This document shows, in pieces, positions 48,126 through 57,904 of a stretch of DNA of 64,000 nt. The position numbers and the translations under genes are program-made. The stretch lies in NCBI GenBank assembly GCA_035632675.1, contig DASQGJ010000050.1, positions 69,619 to 133,618 of the forward strand. The letters run 5' to 3'. Origin of the DNA: Candidatus Dormiibacterota bacterium. Lineage in GTDB: Bacteria; Acidobacteriota; Terriglobia; Terriglobales; Acidobacteriaceae. Position 1 is the first letter of the stretch, and each line of letters begins with the position of its first letter. The notes beneath the pieces were generated by a model. It was given only the letters and a program-made list of their open reading frames with translations. It had not been told where the DNA came from and did no database searches.

Positions 48126-51100
48126 ATGAGGCACCTTTTTTGGACCACGATCCTTGTGATGCTGGTTGCTACCACCCTGTTGGGCCAGACATTCCGCGGC
48201 GCGATTAATGGCACGGTAACGGATGCTTCCGGCGCAGTAGTGAACGGCGCCAGTGTCAAGGCCACGAATTCAGCGACGGGTGTCGCCGTCTCAACCGTGA
48301 CCACCAGTGGGGGCCAGTTTGCCTTCCAGGATCTGCCACTTGGTTCGTACAAAGTTGAGGTCACGGCCAGCGGATTCCGTCCCGCGGCAGTCGACAAAAT
48401 AGATGTTACCGCCGGCGGCGCCTACACCCTGCCTGTAAAACTCTCACCGGGAGCTGCCGGAACAACGGTGGTTGAAGTTTCGGCCGCCGCCTTGACTCTC
48501 GACACGACCACTGCTGCGCAAGACAACATCCTGACGACCGAGGCTGTGCAGGACGTTCCTATGAACGGGCGCGACTTCACACAGTTCGCCGCGATCCAGC
48601 CCGGCTACGGCGGATATTCCGTTGGCGGCTTCGGCTCACTTAACGGAACCCGCGCCAACCAGATGAACTGGCAGATTGACGGCGTCGATAACAACGACTT
48701 CTGGCATAACATTCCCGCCGTCAACCAGGGCGGCGTCTCCGGCATCGCCGGCATCATCATGCCGCTGGATGCGATCGACGAATTTGCCGCGCAGACCAAC
48801 TCCAATGCCGAGGGCGGACGCAACGCCGGCGGCATCGTGAACGTGGTCTTGAAATCAGGCACTAACCAGCTCCATGGTTCTGCCTATTACTTCAACCGAA
48901 ACGAGGCCTACGGTGCAGCGTCGCCGTTCTTGCCCGCCGGTGTTCACAAGCCAGAACTGCGTAATCAGAATTATGGATTCTCGTTGGGTGGGCCGATTTT
49001 CAAGGACAAGACTTTCTGGTACGTGGGGTTTGAGAAGCAGCAATATGTGATTAGCGTGTCGGGCTTGGCGACGGAACCGACTGGCACCTACATTGCCGAC
49101 GCGCAGAATCTTTTGACGGCGAACGACGTTACGCCGAGCCAGATTTCGACCAACCTTTTGGCAAACCTCTGGCCGACAAGTGTTACTGGGAACACGGCTG
49201 CTGGAGCAGATTCTCCGAACAATTTCTTTGGTACCGATCCCTCCACTGGCTACAGCTATAACGGGATCATTAAACTCGATCACAACTTCAACGAAAAGAA
49301 CCATTTCAACATACGATGGTTCGGCGGGCAGGGTAGCCAGACCGCTCCGCTGGGCGCAAGTGCCGCACTGGCAACCGCCAGTTCGAACTTGTCGTACTAC
49401 TTCGAGAAGGCTCCGATCCACGTCTATAACTACGCCGCCACCCTAAACACGGTGCTGACTCCGAACATGACCAACCAAATCCTGTTCGGCGTCAACTACT
49501 TTAACCAGACATTCAACGACGCCAATCATAGCTTCGATACGCACTCCATGGGGTTGTATCTGAGCCAGGACGCCTTGATTCACAACCAGCCGATCCTGGG
49601 TGCGCCGAACATTGCCATCAGCGGGTTCGAGCAGGTTGGGATCACTCCGCCTGAAGGCCGTAACGACATTACCGGCATGCTGACCGACATTGTTTCCTAT
49701 ACCGTCGGCAAGCATCAGTTCCGTTTCGGAGGTGAAATGCGTCAGGGGCATGTCGACGAGTTTTATTTCCGGCACTCTTTGGGCAGCTTTACCTTCGATG
49801 GTTCTCAAGGTCCGTGGGAACTTTGCAACGTGAACTGCGGCGACCCGAACGTTTTTGCTTTGGCTGATTTCCTGGCGGGCGACGTCGCTTCAAGTTCTAT
49901 CGCCGTTGGAAACGCCGAACGAAAGGTCGTCGTCAACGGGTTCGATTTCTTCGGCCAGGACTCCTGGCAGCTTTCCCCACGGCTGAACGTGAATTGGGGT
50001 CTGCGTTGGGATTACTTCGGTCCATTGCACAACGGCAGCAAGGATTTGGCCGTATTCATTCCCGGGAAGGGAATGGCAATCCAAGGAAACGGCGTCAATT
50101 CACTGTTTGCTCCCGACAAGAATAACTTCGCTCCACGCCTTGGTTTCGCCTACCAGCCCACGACCCGAGGGGATGTGGTGATTCGCGGTGGAGTGGGCGT
50201 TTACTACGACCAAATCAATATGAATCCGTTCCTTGATTTCCGTCCGCCGAACGGAGGAGCTGATGGCCTAGAGAACAACCCTGCTGGGCCGTCACCTGTG
50301 TCTGTATACAACGCAAATGCAGCGGGTGAGACGTCATACACTTGGCAGTTTCAACAGAACATCTTCCCGGGCGTTGCCACCTGCGTTACCGGTCAGGTCG
50401 CCGAGTGCGGTGCCAACAGCTACAGCGTCTTTTCTATCAATCAGAACTTCCGCACTCCCTACTTCTACAACTACAACTTGAATGTGCAGAAGAGCTTCGG
50501 GAACGGCAAGGCGGTGTGGCAGGTGGGCTACGTGGGCAGCGAGGGCCGCAAACTCTCGGTCATGCTGAACCTGAACCAATTCGCGAATACGGCGTTTGGG
50601 GGGGGCAACGGGGTCTACTTTAGCCAGTACCCGAGCTTCTCCTGTCCTGGGTGCTCGATCAATCAGCTCAACAGCGTCGGCACCTCGAACTACAACGCGC
50701 TGCAGACGACGTTACGACTTCAGGCTTGGCACGGGCTTAGTTCTCAATTCGTCTACACCTGGGCCCATTCGCTGGACGACATCAGCGCCTATCGGGGTGC
50801 GATTCCACTGGATAGCACGAACCTGAAGGCCGAATACGGGAACGGCGACTTCGACACTCGGCATAACTTCTCCGCCACGTTCACCTGGGACATCCCGGGT
50901 TCGTCGCACGGGCCCAAATTCCTCACTCATGGATGGTCCGTGAACAGCTTGATGACTTTCCACGGTGGCCAGCCGATTGATGAAGTTCGTGGAGAATTCA
51001 ATAGCGTCGGAATCGACCAGATCGGCAATCCGTTTGCCGGCGTTTCTCACTCCTTCAACAAAGCTGGCGTCACGTGGATTAACCCGGCTAACTTCGTTTC

Positions 51101-51392
51101 TCCGGGAGCGACGTTCCTCGGGACTTTGCGCCGCAATCAGATCTACGGACCGGGCTTCTCCGACGTCGATCTCTCCGTGTTCAAGAACATCCCGATCACC
51201 GAGCGGATCAAGGCACAGTTCCGCATTGAACTGTTCAACGCGTTTAATCACATCAATCTCGCTTCCGGTGTTGGCGCCACCACTACCAGCGGGGGCGTCA
51301 TCAGCGACACCATCGGCGACTTCAACGGCGCCCCCGGTATCGGGCCCGGAGAAGCCTTTAACATGCAGCTTGGACTGAAGATTCTCTTCTAG
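48126..51392 (+). CDS. TonB-dependent receptor-like outer-membrane protein with N-terminal CarboxypepD_reg domain
   Basis: Signal peptide from ATG 48126. INGTVTDASGAVVNGASVKATNSATG...LPLGSYKVEVTASGF, then plug-like TEAVQDVPMNGRDFTQF. A long beta-barrel follows. The C-terminal LGLKILF ends in Phe. Confidence 0.7.
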   Translation: MRHLFWTTILVMLVATTLLGQTFRGAINGTVTDASGAVVNGASVKATNSATGVAVSTVTTSGGQFAFQDLPLGSYKVEVTASGFRPAAVDKIDVTAGGAYTLPVKLSPGAAGTTVVEVSAAALTLDTTTAAQDNILTTEAVQDVPMNGRDFTQFAAIQPGYGGYSVGGFGSLNGTRANQMNWQIDGVDNNDFWHNIPAVNQGGVSGIAGIIMPLDAIDEFAAQTNSNAEGGRNAGGIVNVVLKSGTNQLHGSAYYFNRNEAYGAASPFLPAGVHKPELRNQNYGFSLGGPIFKDKTFWYVGFEKQQYVISVSGLATEPTGTYIADAQNLLTANDVTPSQISTNLLANLWPTSVTGNTAAGADSPNNFFGTDPSTGYSYNGIIKLDHNFNEKNHFNIRWFGGQGSQTAPLGASAALATASSNLSYYFEKAPIHVYNYAATLNTVLTPNMTNQILFGVNYFNQTFNDANHSFDTHSMGLYLSQDALIHNQPILGAPNIAISGFEQVGITPPEGRNDITGMLTDIVSYTVGKHQFRFGGEMRQGHVDEFYFRHSLGSFTFDGSQGPWELCNVNCGDPNVFALADFLAGDVASSSIAVGNAERKVVVNGFDFFGQDSWQLSPRLNVNWGLRWDYFGPLHNGSKDLAVFIPGKGMAIQGNGVNSLFAPDKNNFAPRLGFAYQPTTRGDVVIRGGVGVYYDQINMNPFLDFRPPNGGADGLENNPAGPSPVSVYNANAAGETSYTWQFQQNIFPGVATCVTGQVAECGANSYSVFSINQNFRTPYFYNYNLNVQKSFGNGKAVWQVGYVGSEGRKLSVMLNLNQFANTAFGGGNGVYFSQYPSFSCPGCSINQLNSVGTSNYNALQTTLRLQAWHGLSSQFVYTWAHSLDDISAYRGAIPLDSTNLKAEYGNGDFDTRHNFSATFTWDIPGSSHGPKFLTHGWSVNSLMTFHGGQPIDEVRGEFNSVGIDQIGNPFAGVSHSFNKAGVTWINPANFVSPGATFLGTLRRNQIYGPGFSDVDLSVFKNIPITERIKAQFRIELFNAFNHINLASGVGATTTSGGVISDTIGDFNGAPGIGPGEAFNMQLGLKILF

Positions 51393-51410
51393 CTCACGCT
51401 TGAAACCGCG

Positions 51411-51440
51411 GCCCCCGCTTTCTCTAGCGGGGGCTTTTTC
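51411..51440 (+). terminator. rho-independent terminator
   Basis: gcccccgc (51411-51418) pairs with gcgggggc (51427-51434). It is followed by ttttt. Confidence 0.65.
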
Positions 51441-51798
51441 TTGCGCGACACTGCACTGATCCAGTGGAAATCCACACCCGGTGTGACGTCTGACCTTGCT
51501 TTCCACAAACCCTTTGCGGCATGATGTGCGCCACGCGCCAGCGTGACAACGCGAGTCTCAGTGTGCTGACAACTTATTTATAATCAGTAGTTTACTGTGA
51601 TATTGTCGTAAACAGAATGTTACGGGCCGAGACGCGTCAGGAGTCTCCCGGGTTGAGGATTGATTGCGGAAATGCCCCTCGCTGATTCGCCCGTTCCCTC
51701 GCGGTCCAGCGCCTTTCGTCACCTCGCCCCGCGATTACGCCGATGTTACGCTCGTCTAGTTATCCCTCCCCACTAAAGCTTGGTTCCGGAGATCGCTG

Positions 51799-53265
51799 AT
51801 GCGCTGCACTCTTACCTCGAAGTCCTGCGCAGTTCTGGCCTTCGCTCTGTTTCTAGCTGTGCCCTCATTCGCGGGCCACGTCAAGAAGGGCCAGTCCGCC
51901 ACGCTGCCGATCACGACATCTTCCCCCAAAGCGCGCGAGCTGTACATCAAGGGCATGGAAGACTACGAGAATCTTTATCTCGAGCGCTGCAATGACGATT
52001 GGCGCGCAGCGGTGAAGGAAGACCCCAATCTCGCCGTGGCCTGGGCCTGGATCGCCTTTAACAGCAGCAATCCTCAGGAAATCAGCGCTGCGCGCGCCAA
52101 AGCCAAGGATCTCGCGCCGAAGACCACGCCCGGCGAGCAGCTGATGGTGGCCTGGGTCGTCAAGGTACAGGAAGGCGACTTTCTCGGCGGCATCACCGCC
52201 ATGAACGACATGCTCGAGATGTATCCGCACGACAAGCACCTGTTCTATCTCGCGGGCAACTGGCTGATGGGAGAAAACGGCAACGACCAGGCGCAGCACA
52301 TGATGGAAAAGGCGCTCGTCATCGACAAGAACTTTCCCGCGGCTCTGAACGATCTGGCCTACGTCGAAGCGCGCAACCGCGAGTTTGACAAGGCGTTCGT
52401 GGCCATGGATCGCTACGTCGCCCTGCTCCCCAAAGAGCCCAATCCGCAGGATTCTTACGGAGAACTGAAGCGCATGGCGGGTGACTTCGAGAGTTCTCTC
52501 CAGCACTATCGCGCCGCGCTTAAGATGGATCCCGACTTTGTAACGTCGCAGCTTGGCTTGGGCGACACCTATGCCCTGATGGGCAACCAGGAGCAGGCCC
52601 GCGTCGAATACGACAAGGCTGTCCGATTTGCCCATAACGAAGCCGACCGTCTGACCTATGGCATGCAGAAGGCGATGACCTACGTCCGCGACGGCAACTA
52701 TGCCGAAGCCGACAAGCAGTTCCAGCAGATCGCCGAAACCGCCCACGCCAAGGAGCAGGACCTGCAGGAAGCGCAGGCGCTACGTCATATGGCGGAGTAT
52801 CAGGCCGACGACACCATTGCTCTGAAGCACCTGAAGCTGGCGGAGGAGTCGCTCAACCATCGCTCGACGATCTCGATCTCGGACCGCGACGAGGAGCTCT
52901 CGCGCATCCTCCGCAACCACGTCGTGCGTGCGGTCAGCTCCGGAAACCAGCAGGCTGCCGACAAGGCCTTGCAGCAACTCGAAGCGCTCGCCAATGGCAG
53001 CCGGAACCGCGTGATTCAGAGTTCGTATCAGGGCGCGGCCGGAACGCTCTTGATGAATGAGAAGAAGTACGAAGACGCCATCGCGCACCTCGAAGAAGAT
53101 CAGGACAACCCATTCACCATGGAATTGCTGGTGCAGGCCTACTACCAGACCATGCAGACCGAGAGGCTGCATGCAGTCGAGGCCAAGCTTCGCGGCTGCA
53201 ACGTGCCCACCATAGAGCAAGCCCTGGTGGTGCCCAACGCCCGCTCCAAGCGCCCAACCATCTAG
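51799..53265 (+). CDS. secreted tetratricopeptide (TPR) repeat protein
   Basis: Signal peptide. Multiple 34-aa TPR-like units (e.g. ALNDLAYVEARNREFDKAFVAMDRYVALLP, YRAALKMDPDFVTSQLGLGDTYALMGNQEQA). Confidence 0.7.
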   Translation: MRCTLTSKSCAVLAFALFLAVPSFAGHVKKGQSATLPITTSSPKARELYIKGMEDYENLYLERCNDDWRAAVKEDPNLAVAWAWIAFNSSNPQEISAARAKAKDLAPKTTPGEQLMVAWVVKVQEGDFLGGITAMNDMLEMYPHDKHLFYLAGNWLMGENGNDQAQHMMEKALVIDKNFPAALNDLAYVEARNREFDKAFVAMDRYVALLPKEPNPQDSYGELKRMAGDFESSLQHYRAALKMDPDFVTSQLGLGDTYALMGNQEQARVEYDKAVRFAHNEADRLTYGMQKAMTYVRDGNYAEADKQFQQIAETAHAKEQDLQEAQALRHMAEYQADDTIALKHLKLAEESLNHRSTISISDRDEELSRILRNHVVRAVSSGNQQAADKALQQLEALANGSRNRVIQSSYQGAAGTLLMNEKKYEDAIAHLEEDQDNPFTMELLVQAYYQTMQTERLHAVEAKLRGCNVPTIEQALVVPNARSKRPTI

Positions 53266-53358
53266 ACCCCGTGGTCCCGATTCCGGACGCCTTGTACCCT
53301 GGTTAAGGCAGGCGCGCCCGGAATCGCTCGTCCAAGTTGACGACTTGGTGTACAGTAG

Positions 53359-53697
53359 GTGGGCCTTTTCGACCGCATGAAGCCCGACACCGAGCGCCGC
53401 TCTGGAACCAGAATCCCCACGCGCGTCTCTACGCGCGTGCGGACCGCCCAGGGAGTCGACCAGACCGCCCAAACCCGCGATGTGAGCGCCAACGGCGTGT
53501 TTCTCTACACGAACTCGAAGATGGAGAAGGGTGCCGAAGTCGAACTGGTGCTGATTCTCCCCCCTGAACTGACCTCCGGCGAGAAGTGCTGGGTCTGCTG
53601 CCAGGCGACCATCGTACGAGTCGAGGAGAAGGGAACTGATTTTGGCGTGGCGGCCCAGATCCGCCGCATGGATATCCTCCCCGAAGTGACCGCCTGA
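53359..53697 (+). CDS. PilZ domain-containing protein (c-di-GMP receptor type)
   Basis: RRSGTR (RxxxR) and DVSANG (DxSxxG) motifs at canonical spacing. 112 aa. Confidence 0.7.
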   Translation: MGLFDRMKPDTERRSGTRIPTRVSTRVRTAQGVDQTAQTRDVSANGVFLYTNSKMEKGAEVELVLILPPELTSGEKCWVCCQATIVRVEEKGTDFGVAAQIRRMDILPEVTA

Positions 53698-53888
53698 GGA
53701 GGGTAGCCCCGTCCCAGGTCGGTCCGCCGCCTTTCCCGAAATTTCACGGTCGAAGCGTCGCTCAGGCGGCTTCCCGAGGAATTGTCGGCGAAACTGTGAA
53801 AAAAAGCTTCCCATTGCATCGGGCGTGGTGCAATAATGGCGGCCCTAGAATTGCTCTGGCCAATTTCAGGTTTCAGGTGGGCCCAGGT

Positions 53889-54227
53889 ATGATCGACAAA
53901 CTGGCGGCTGGTGTGGTGCAAGTACAAACCCCCATCGGTCCGCGCTATGTACTGCCATCTTTTCTACAGCGGGTTTATCTGTTATGGATGTTCCGCAATT
54001 TCCCCATTCTCCCTCACGCCGTGTTGAGCAGCCGTCAACAGCGCATGATTGACCGCATGTGCAGCGAGCAGAACTTTGCTTCGCTGCCCTACGTTGATGA
54101 TCTCGATGTGGCGCCGGTCATCGGCACGGTCGAGCATCGCCCGGCGATTGGAAGTCAAACGTTGCCGCCACGTCGTCCCGCCGCAAGCGAGACTGGTCTG
54201 GTGGCGGAAGCTCGCCAGCGTTCCTAG
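53889..54227 (+). CDS. hypothetical protein
   Basis: ORF from ATG 53889 (MIDKLAAGVVQVQTPIGPRYVLPSF...) with one hydrophobic helix. No family was recognised. Confidence 0.3.
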   Translation: MIDKLAAGVVQVQTPIGPRYVLPSFLQRVYLLWMFRNFPILPHAVLSSRQQRMIDRMCSEQNFASLPYVDDLDVAPVIGTVEHRPAIGSQTLPPRRPAASETGLVAEARQRS

Positions 54228-54347
54228 CTTCGTCAGCGAGCAAGTTCACTGCCGCGCAGGGTGAATGAAGCCTGGAGGCGTCGCGTTATGCGCGTACTTT
54301 TCTCGCACAGGCTTACGTGTCGGAAAGCGTTCACTCCGGAGTGAGAC

Positions 54348-54827
54348 TCAGTTCGCTGGTGGCGGATTGTTTCCGTTTGCGTCTGGAGTTTCGCTGGGCG
54401 GTCGCGTCCCATTGTTCTGCGGCTCGCCGCATCCACCTCTGGGCCCGCCAAAGCCGCCTGCTCCCGCGTGGCCTCCCATGCGTTCGTCGCGGCAGGCCAT
54501 CAGAGACTTCTGCTGATCGGGAGTGATCAGACCTGCAATTTTCTGATGCGCCTGTTCTCGAATCTCATGTGTCTGCTGATGCTTTTGCTCGGGCGTGAGG
54601 GACGTGTTGGAGCAGACGTCTTCGACCCGGGTGCGCATGTCGCGCTGGATCGACCAGAGTTGTTCCATCACGGACCTGTCAATGCCGGCCCGTTGCCAGC
54701 AAGACGGGAAGTTCCCGCGCCGTGCGGGACGCGCGGGCGAAGGCGAGTTTGCCGGCGGAGCGGTTTGCGCCACGAGCGGCGCCGCGCAAACCACCAGTAC
54801 GGACGCAAAGAAATATTTCCTCAACAT
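54348..54827 (-). CDS. periplasmic LTXXQ-motif (Spy/CpxP-like) protein
   Basis: Signal peptide. Two LTXXQ-type motifs (SLTPEQKHQ, LITPDQQKS). Gly-rich tail. Confidence 0.5.
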   Translation of the reverse strand: MLRKYFFASVLVVCAAPLVAQTAPPANSPSPARPARRGNFPSCWQRAGIDRSVMEQLWSIQRDMRTRVEDVCSNTSLTPEQKHQQTHEIREQAHQKIAGLITPDQQKSLMACRDERMGGHAGAGGFGGPRGGCGEPQNNGTRPPSETPDANGNNPPPAN

Positions 54828-55167
54828 GGATCAGCCTCCGGAAACTGCAACCCGGCAAGAAAAGCCGTGAAGAGAGTATAGAGGCGGCGCGGGCGCAATC
54901 CAGTCGCTAGTTGGGCAGTGCTTCGTTTTCACTTTCGTGATGCAGACAAGCGAGATGGCTGGAATGAAGGAATTTGAGATCAGGGTGAGTTTCGTGGAGA
55001 TTGAATTCAGCCCGAGCCCGCATGCTGTTGTGATGACGACCTCACGCAATTGTGCGTAGCAAGAGTCGAACGCGCGACGATTGGCTGGGCCAATCGCACA
55101 GGATCCTGCAAAATTCTCTATACGGATTTTGTCTTGATCGATCCCCGCGAAAAGGGCAAGCGAATGC

Positions 55168-55173
55168 TATAAT
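55168..55173 (+). promoter_or_regulatory. TATAAT -10-like hexamer upstream of tRNA-Lys
   Basis: Exact TATAAT 34 nt upstream of the tRNA 5' end. No good -35 is found at 17 nt. Confidence 0.3.
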
Positions 55174-55206
55174 CTTCGTTCGTCCTTTCCAGCCAGTCCC
55201 CACCGT

Positions 55207-55282
<76 letters not shown>

Positions 55283-55314
55283 CTCCTTTTTATACCACTG
55301 CTTGCCGGAGTGGT

Positions 55315-55581
55315 TCATTGCACGGAGCTTGAGTTGCTACCAATTGGTAGGGACGGTCTGCCTACGGCATCGAGTGCCCGGCGTTTTTCATCCCTGGTTG
55401 CTCGGTCATAAGGTTCGGGTGAACGCTCGGCCCGCTTGTGACCGACTATCGCGCTGACGACGACCGGATGCACTCCTCTTCTCCGCACTCTACGAATCAA
55501 GGGGCAGCGAAAATCGTGCCAGCCGCCAATCTTGATTCCGAGACCCGCGGCCGCAAAACGTAGGTGCAGGCGTCTTGCGTT
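55315..55581 (-). pseudogene. 5'-truncated tyrosine recombinase (phage-type integrase) remnant
   Basis: The frame open between the stop at 55582-55584 and 55315 reads ...LRFAAAGLGIKIGGWHDFRCPLIRRVRRRGVHPVVVSAIVGHKRAERSPEPYDRATRDEKRRALDAV. This follows the integrase C-terminal pattern (aGi...HDLRHT......Gv....v...lGHk....T..Y.h.....). Only about 89 codons remain and several catalytic-box residues are degenerate. Confidence 0.55.
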
Positions 55582-55646
55582 TCATGCGAGAGAATGCCTA
55601 GCGATCGAAGGCGGCCAAAGCAAAGGACGCGATGGACCGCGCATGA

Positions 55647-56825
55647 TCAACAGATCAGGGGGGTACGGGGAGCTACGCCTGATTTCAGAAGACCCTCAAT
55701 GAGGGAAATGCTCGGAGTAGTCTCCTCATATCGCCGAAATATCGTCTGCATCCGCTTTACTGCATGATGAATATGTTCACTTGTCGCAACCTCTTCTATA
55801 GTGGACGGTAATGAACCGATTGCATCGACCGAACACTTCCTGCCAAGACAATGGTGCTCAACCCGGTCGGCATTTGCTGGCTGGTCATTCAGGAAGGGGA
55901 AAACGAGCATTGGGACACCGTTAAGAATGGATTCTTTGATTGTGCCAAGCCCGCCATGAGTGATCACGAGTGAAGCGCGCTTTATTATTTCGAGCTGAGG
56001 CACACTCCTAAACGCCAATATATTGGCCTCTTCGCATGTAATAGCCGCCGGGTCCATGTGTCCCCCGACACTTACAATCAATTGATACCTGTTCCGGTTG
56101 CTCAGATCGCGGAATGCGGATACGACACTCGCCAGAAGGGAGCCACTGTCAGTGTAAGCGGTGCTTTGCGTGCCCAGGCTAAAGTAAATGAGCTGTTTTG
56201 AAATCGCGACTTTGCTGTAGTTGAACTGTTGGTCGATGCGTGGACAGAACACTGAGGGTTCGACAAAGTAACTCCGCTCCCCGTGACTCGTGTTGGGGAG
56301 ATCCAGTTCCCTGGGACACAAAACAATCTCGGGCACGTTCACGAAAGAAGTCGAACTGGAAAACTCTTTGCCAGGTTTCGTCGAAAGGGGTTTGGGGCGA
56401 AAGAAATCTTGAAAAGCAGTGCTGAGCCGTACAAAGCGGAAACGTTGAAATGCGTTGAGTAGGTGTCCGATTACGGGCCCGAACGCACTATCAACAAGGA
56501 TGCAATCCGTCTGAAGCGACTTGATCTCCCTTATAATAAGCTGCTCCAAACTGATTCCGTTAGTCGCGCAGTAAGCTAACACAACGCTTAATACTTGCAC
56601 CCCAGCATGACTGGTTTCAGCGATCGCCACGAGCTCTTGCCTCATTGACGTGAGGAAACTCAACACGGGAACGCAGTCGAACCCGAGTCTTCCCAGGAAA
56701 GGCGCATATTCGCTTGTAGTTATGTAGCGGATACGATGTCCGCGCTGCTTCAATAAAGATGCGACACGCAACGTCGGCAGCAAGTGTCCCGGCTCGGGGA
56801 GCATCAAAAAGCAGATGTCGGACAA
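55647..56825 (-). CDS. GT1-family (MGT/UDP-glycosyltransferase-like) glycosyltransferase
   Basis: N-terminus FLMLPEPGHLLPTLRVASLLKQRGHRIRYIT. C-terminal nucleotide-sugar motif THGGLGTIKESILNGVPMLVFPFLNDQPANADRVE. Confidence 0.8.
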   Translation of the reverse strand: MSDICFLMLPEPGHLLPTLRVASLLKQRGHRIRYITTSEYAPFLGRLGFDCVPVLSFLTSMRQELVAIAETSHAGVQVLSVVLAYCATNGISLEQLIIREIKSLQTDCILVDSAFGPVIGHLLNAFQRFRFVRLSTAFQDFFRPKPLSTKPGKEFSSSTSFVNVPEIVLCPRELDLPNTSHGERSYFVEPSVFCPRIDQQFNYSKVAISKQLIYFSLGTQSTAYTDSGSLLASVVSAFRDLSNRNRYQLIVSVGGHMDPAAITCEEANILAFRSVPQLEIIKRASLVITHGGLGTIKESILNGVPMLVFPFLNDQPANADRVEHHCLGRKCSVDAIGSLPSTIEEVATSEHIHHAVKRMQTIFRRYEETTPSISLIEGLLKSGVAPRTPLIC

Positions 56826-57904
56826 AGTTCTGTCTCCGCTATTCCGGTTGAAGCGAAAAGTCTACCACAGTTAGTCTGGCTAATAAGTGTGCGTGTTCGT
56901 GAGAAATCGTAAACGTCGTAGGTTAAGCGATTAGAGCCAGTCGATCCTAATGTCTTAAAGCAACTTCACATGAAGTATCGGCAGCAAGGAATCGTTACAC
57001 AGGGAGTTACTTGTGAAAGTTGGAGAAGTGAGTGTTGACCGCGGCAGACGTCAGCATCTCTTTTGAGCAGAAGTTGCTCCCGGTGCTTCATTGTGGAGGT
57101 GGAGGCAAGGCGGTAAGAAGTTCCCATTGCTCGCCAGAGCCTCGCGAGTGTTTCAGCCAGGCAACACCGCCGATTCGCTTTTCCGGGGAGTGAAATCGGA
57201 CCTTTGCTTTTGATGACGAATCAGGTTGGCAGGCTCCTCATGGGCCACGATGGGGGAACCGAGAGGATGGCGGGACGCCGGCACACAGCGCATTCAGAAA
57301 AATCAGATGGAAGCAGCTTGTTAGAATAGTGAGTCGCAGGACCCAACCCTTCCGGTCGCCCGATCTTAGGAGCTGAGTATTGTGTTGGACTGAGTATTGC
57401 TTTTTTTGGAAAGTCAGTATATAGTTTTTCCCCGTTCCCAGAACGGTGCCACAGTTATCGGGTAAGGGAAATATTTTGAGTCGCGGAGTTTGTCGCGTTC
57501 TGTGGAAAAGTCCCGGCGTCATTCAGGAAGCGAAGCTGTGCCTTTCCCCTTTTCGTCCCCTTTCAAAGATGGTGTGAGAGTGGTTGCTGGCTGATTAGTC
57601 CTTGTGCCTAATCATTCATCCAGAGAAGTTTTGCCAGTCGGTCCAGTACCGTCCGGGAAAGGGTTTTCGGGGCTCTGGACCCGGCATGCGACGGTCTCAA
57701 ATGACTATCAGCGCTGGCAGAAGTTTGCGCGCGTTGCCATCATACCAACCAAGAAATACCAACCAATTAAATCCAATGGCCGCTGCATGGACGGAAATCG
57801 GTCCTTGCCTACTGCCAACTAGAGTTGCGAGCAGTAGAAACCCAGTGCAACGTCTCAATCGAGGCAAGCGTTATCTGCTTTGGCGCGGACAAACGTAACC
57901 ACTC

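Noticed and set aside
8449-53814. Many long ORFs antisense to, or out of frame with, well-supported genes. Examples are 8449-9690(-), 10053-11507(+), 16540-17769(-), 19748-20794(-), 20866-22386(-), 29323-30771(-), 36449-37462(-), 38195-39331(-), 44161-45423(-), 45828-47282(-), 51865-52746(-) and 52780-53814(-).
   Set aside because: Their translations are Arg/Ala/Gly/His-rich low-complexity strings typical of shadow frames in high-GC DNA. Each fully overlaps a gene with clear family motifs on the other strand or frame.
56970-57038. 22-codon ORF MKYRQQGIVTQGVTCESWRSEC in the island gap, considered as a possible RiPP precursor.
   Set aside because: It has no Shine-Dalgarno and is not coupled to any enzyme gene. 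It is very short and easily explained by chance. It is mentioned only inside the gap finding.
57504-57517. GGAAAAGTCCCGGC, reminiscent of the RNase P RNA GGAAAGUCCGGGC box.
   Set aside because: The match is not exact. None of the other conserved RNase P helices or boxes is visible nearby. The region is AT-rich island DNA and too poorly structured for a 350-400-nt ribozyme.
57238-57898. Track ORFs 57238-57522(-), 57602-57898(+) and 57604-57822(+) in the island gap.
   Set aside because: They are mutually overlapping with implausible amino-acid composition. No start context or family resemblance was seen.
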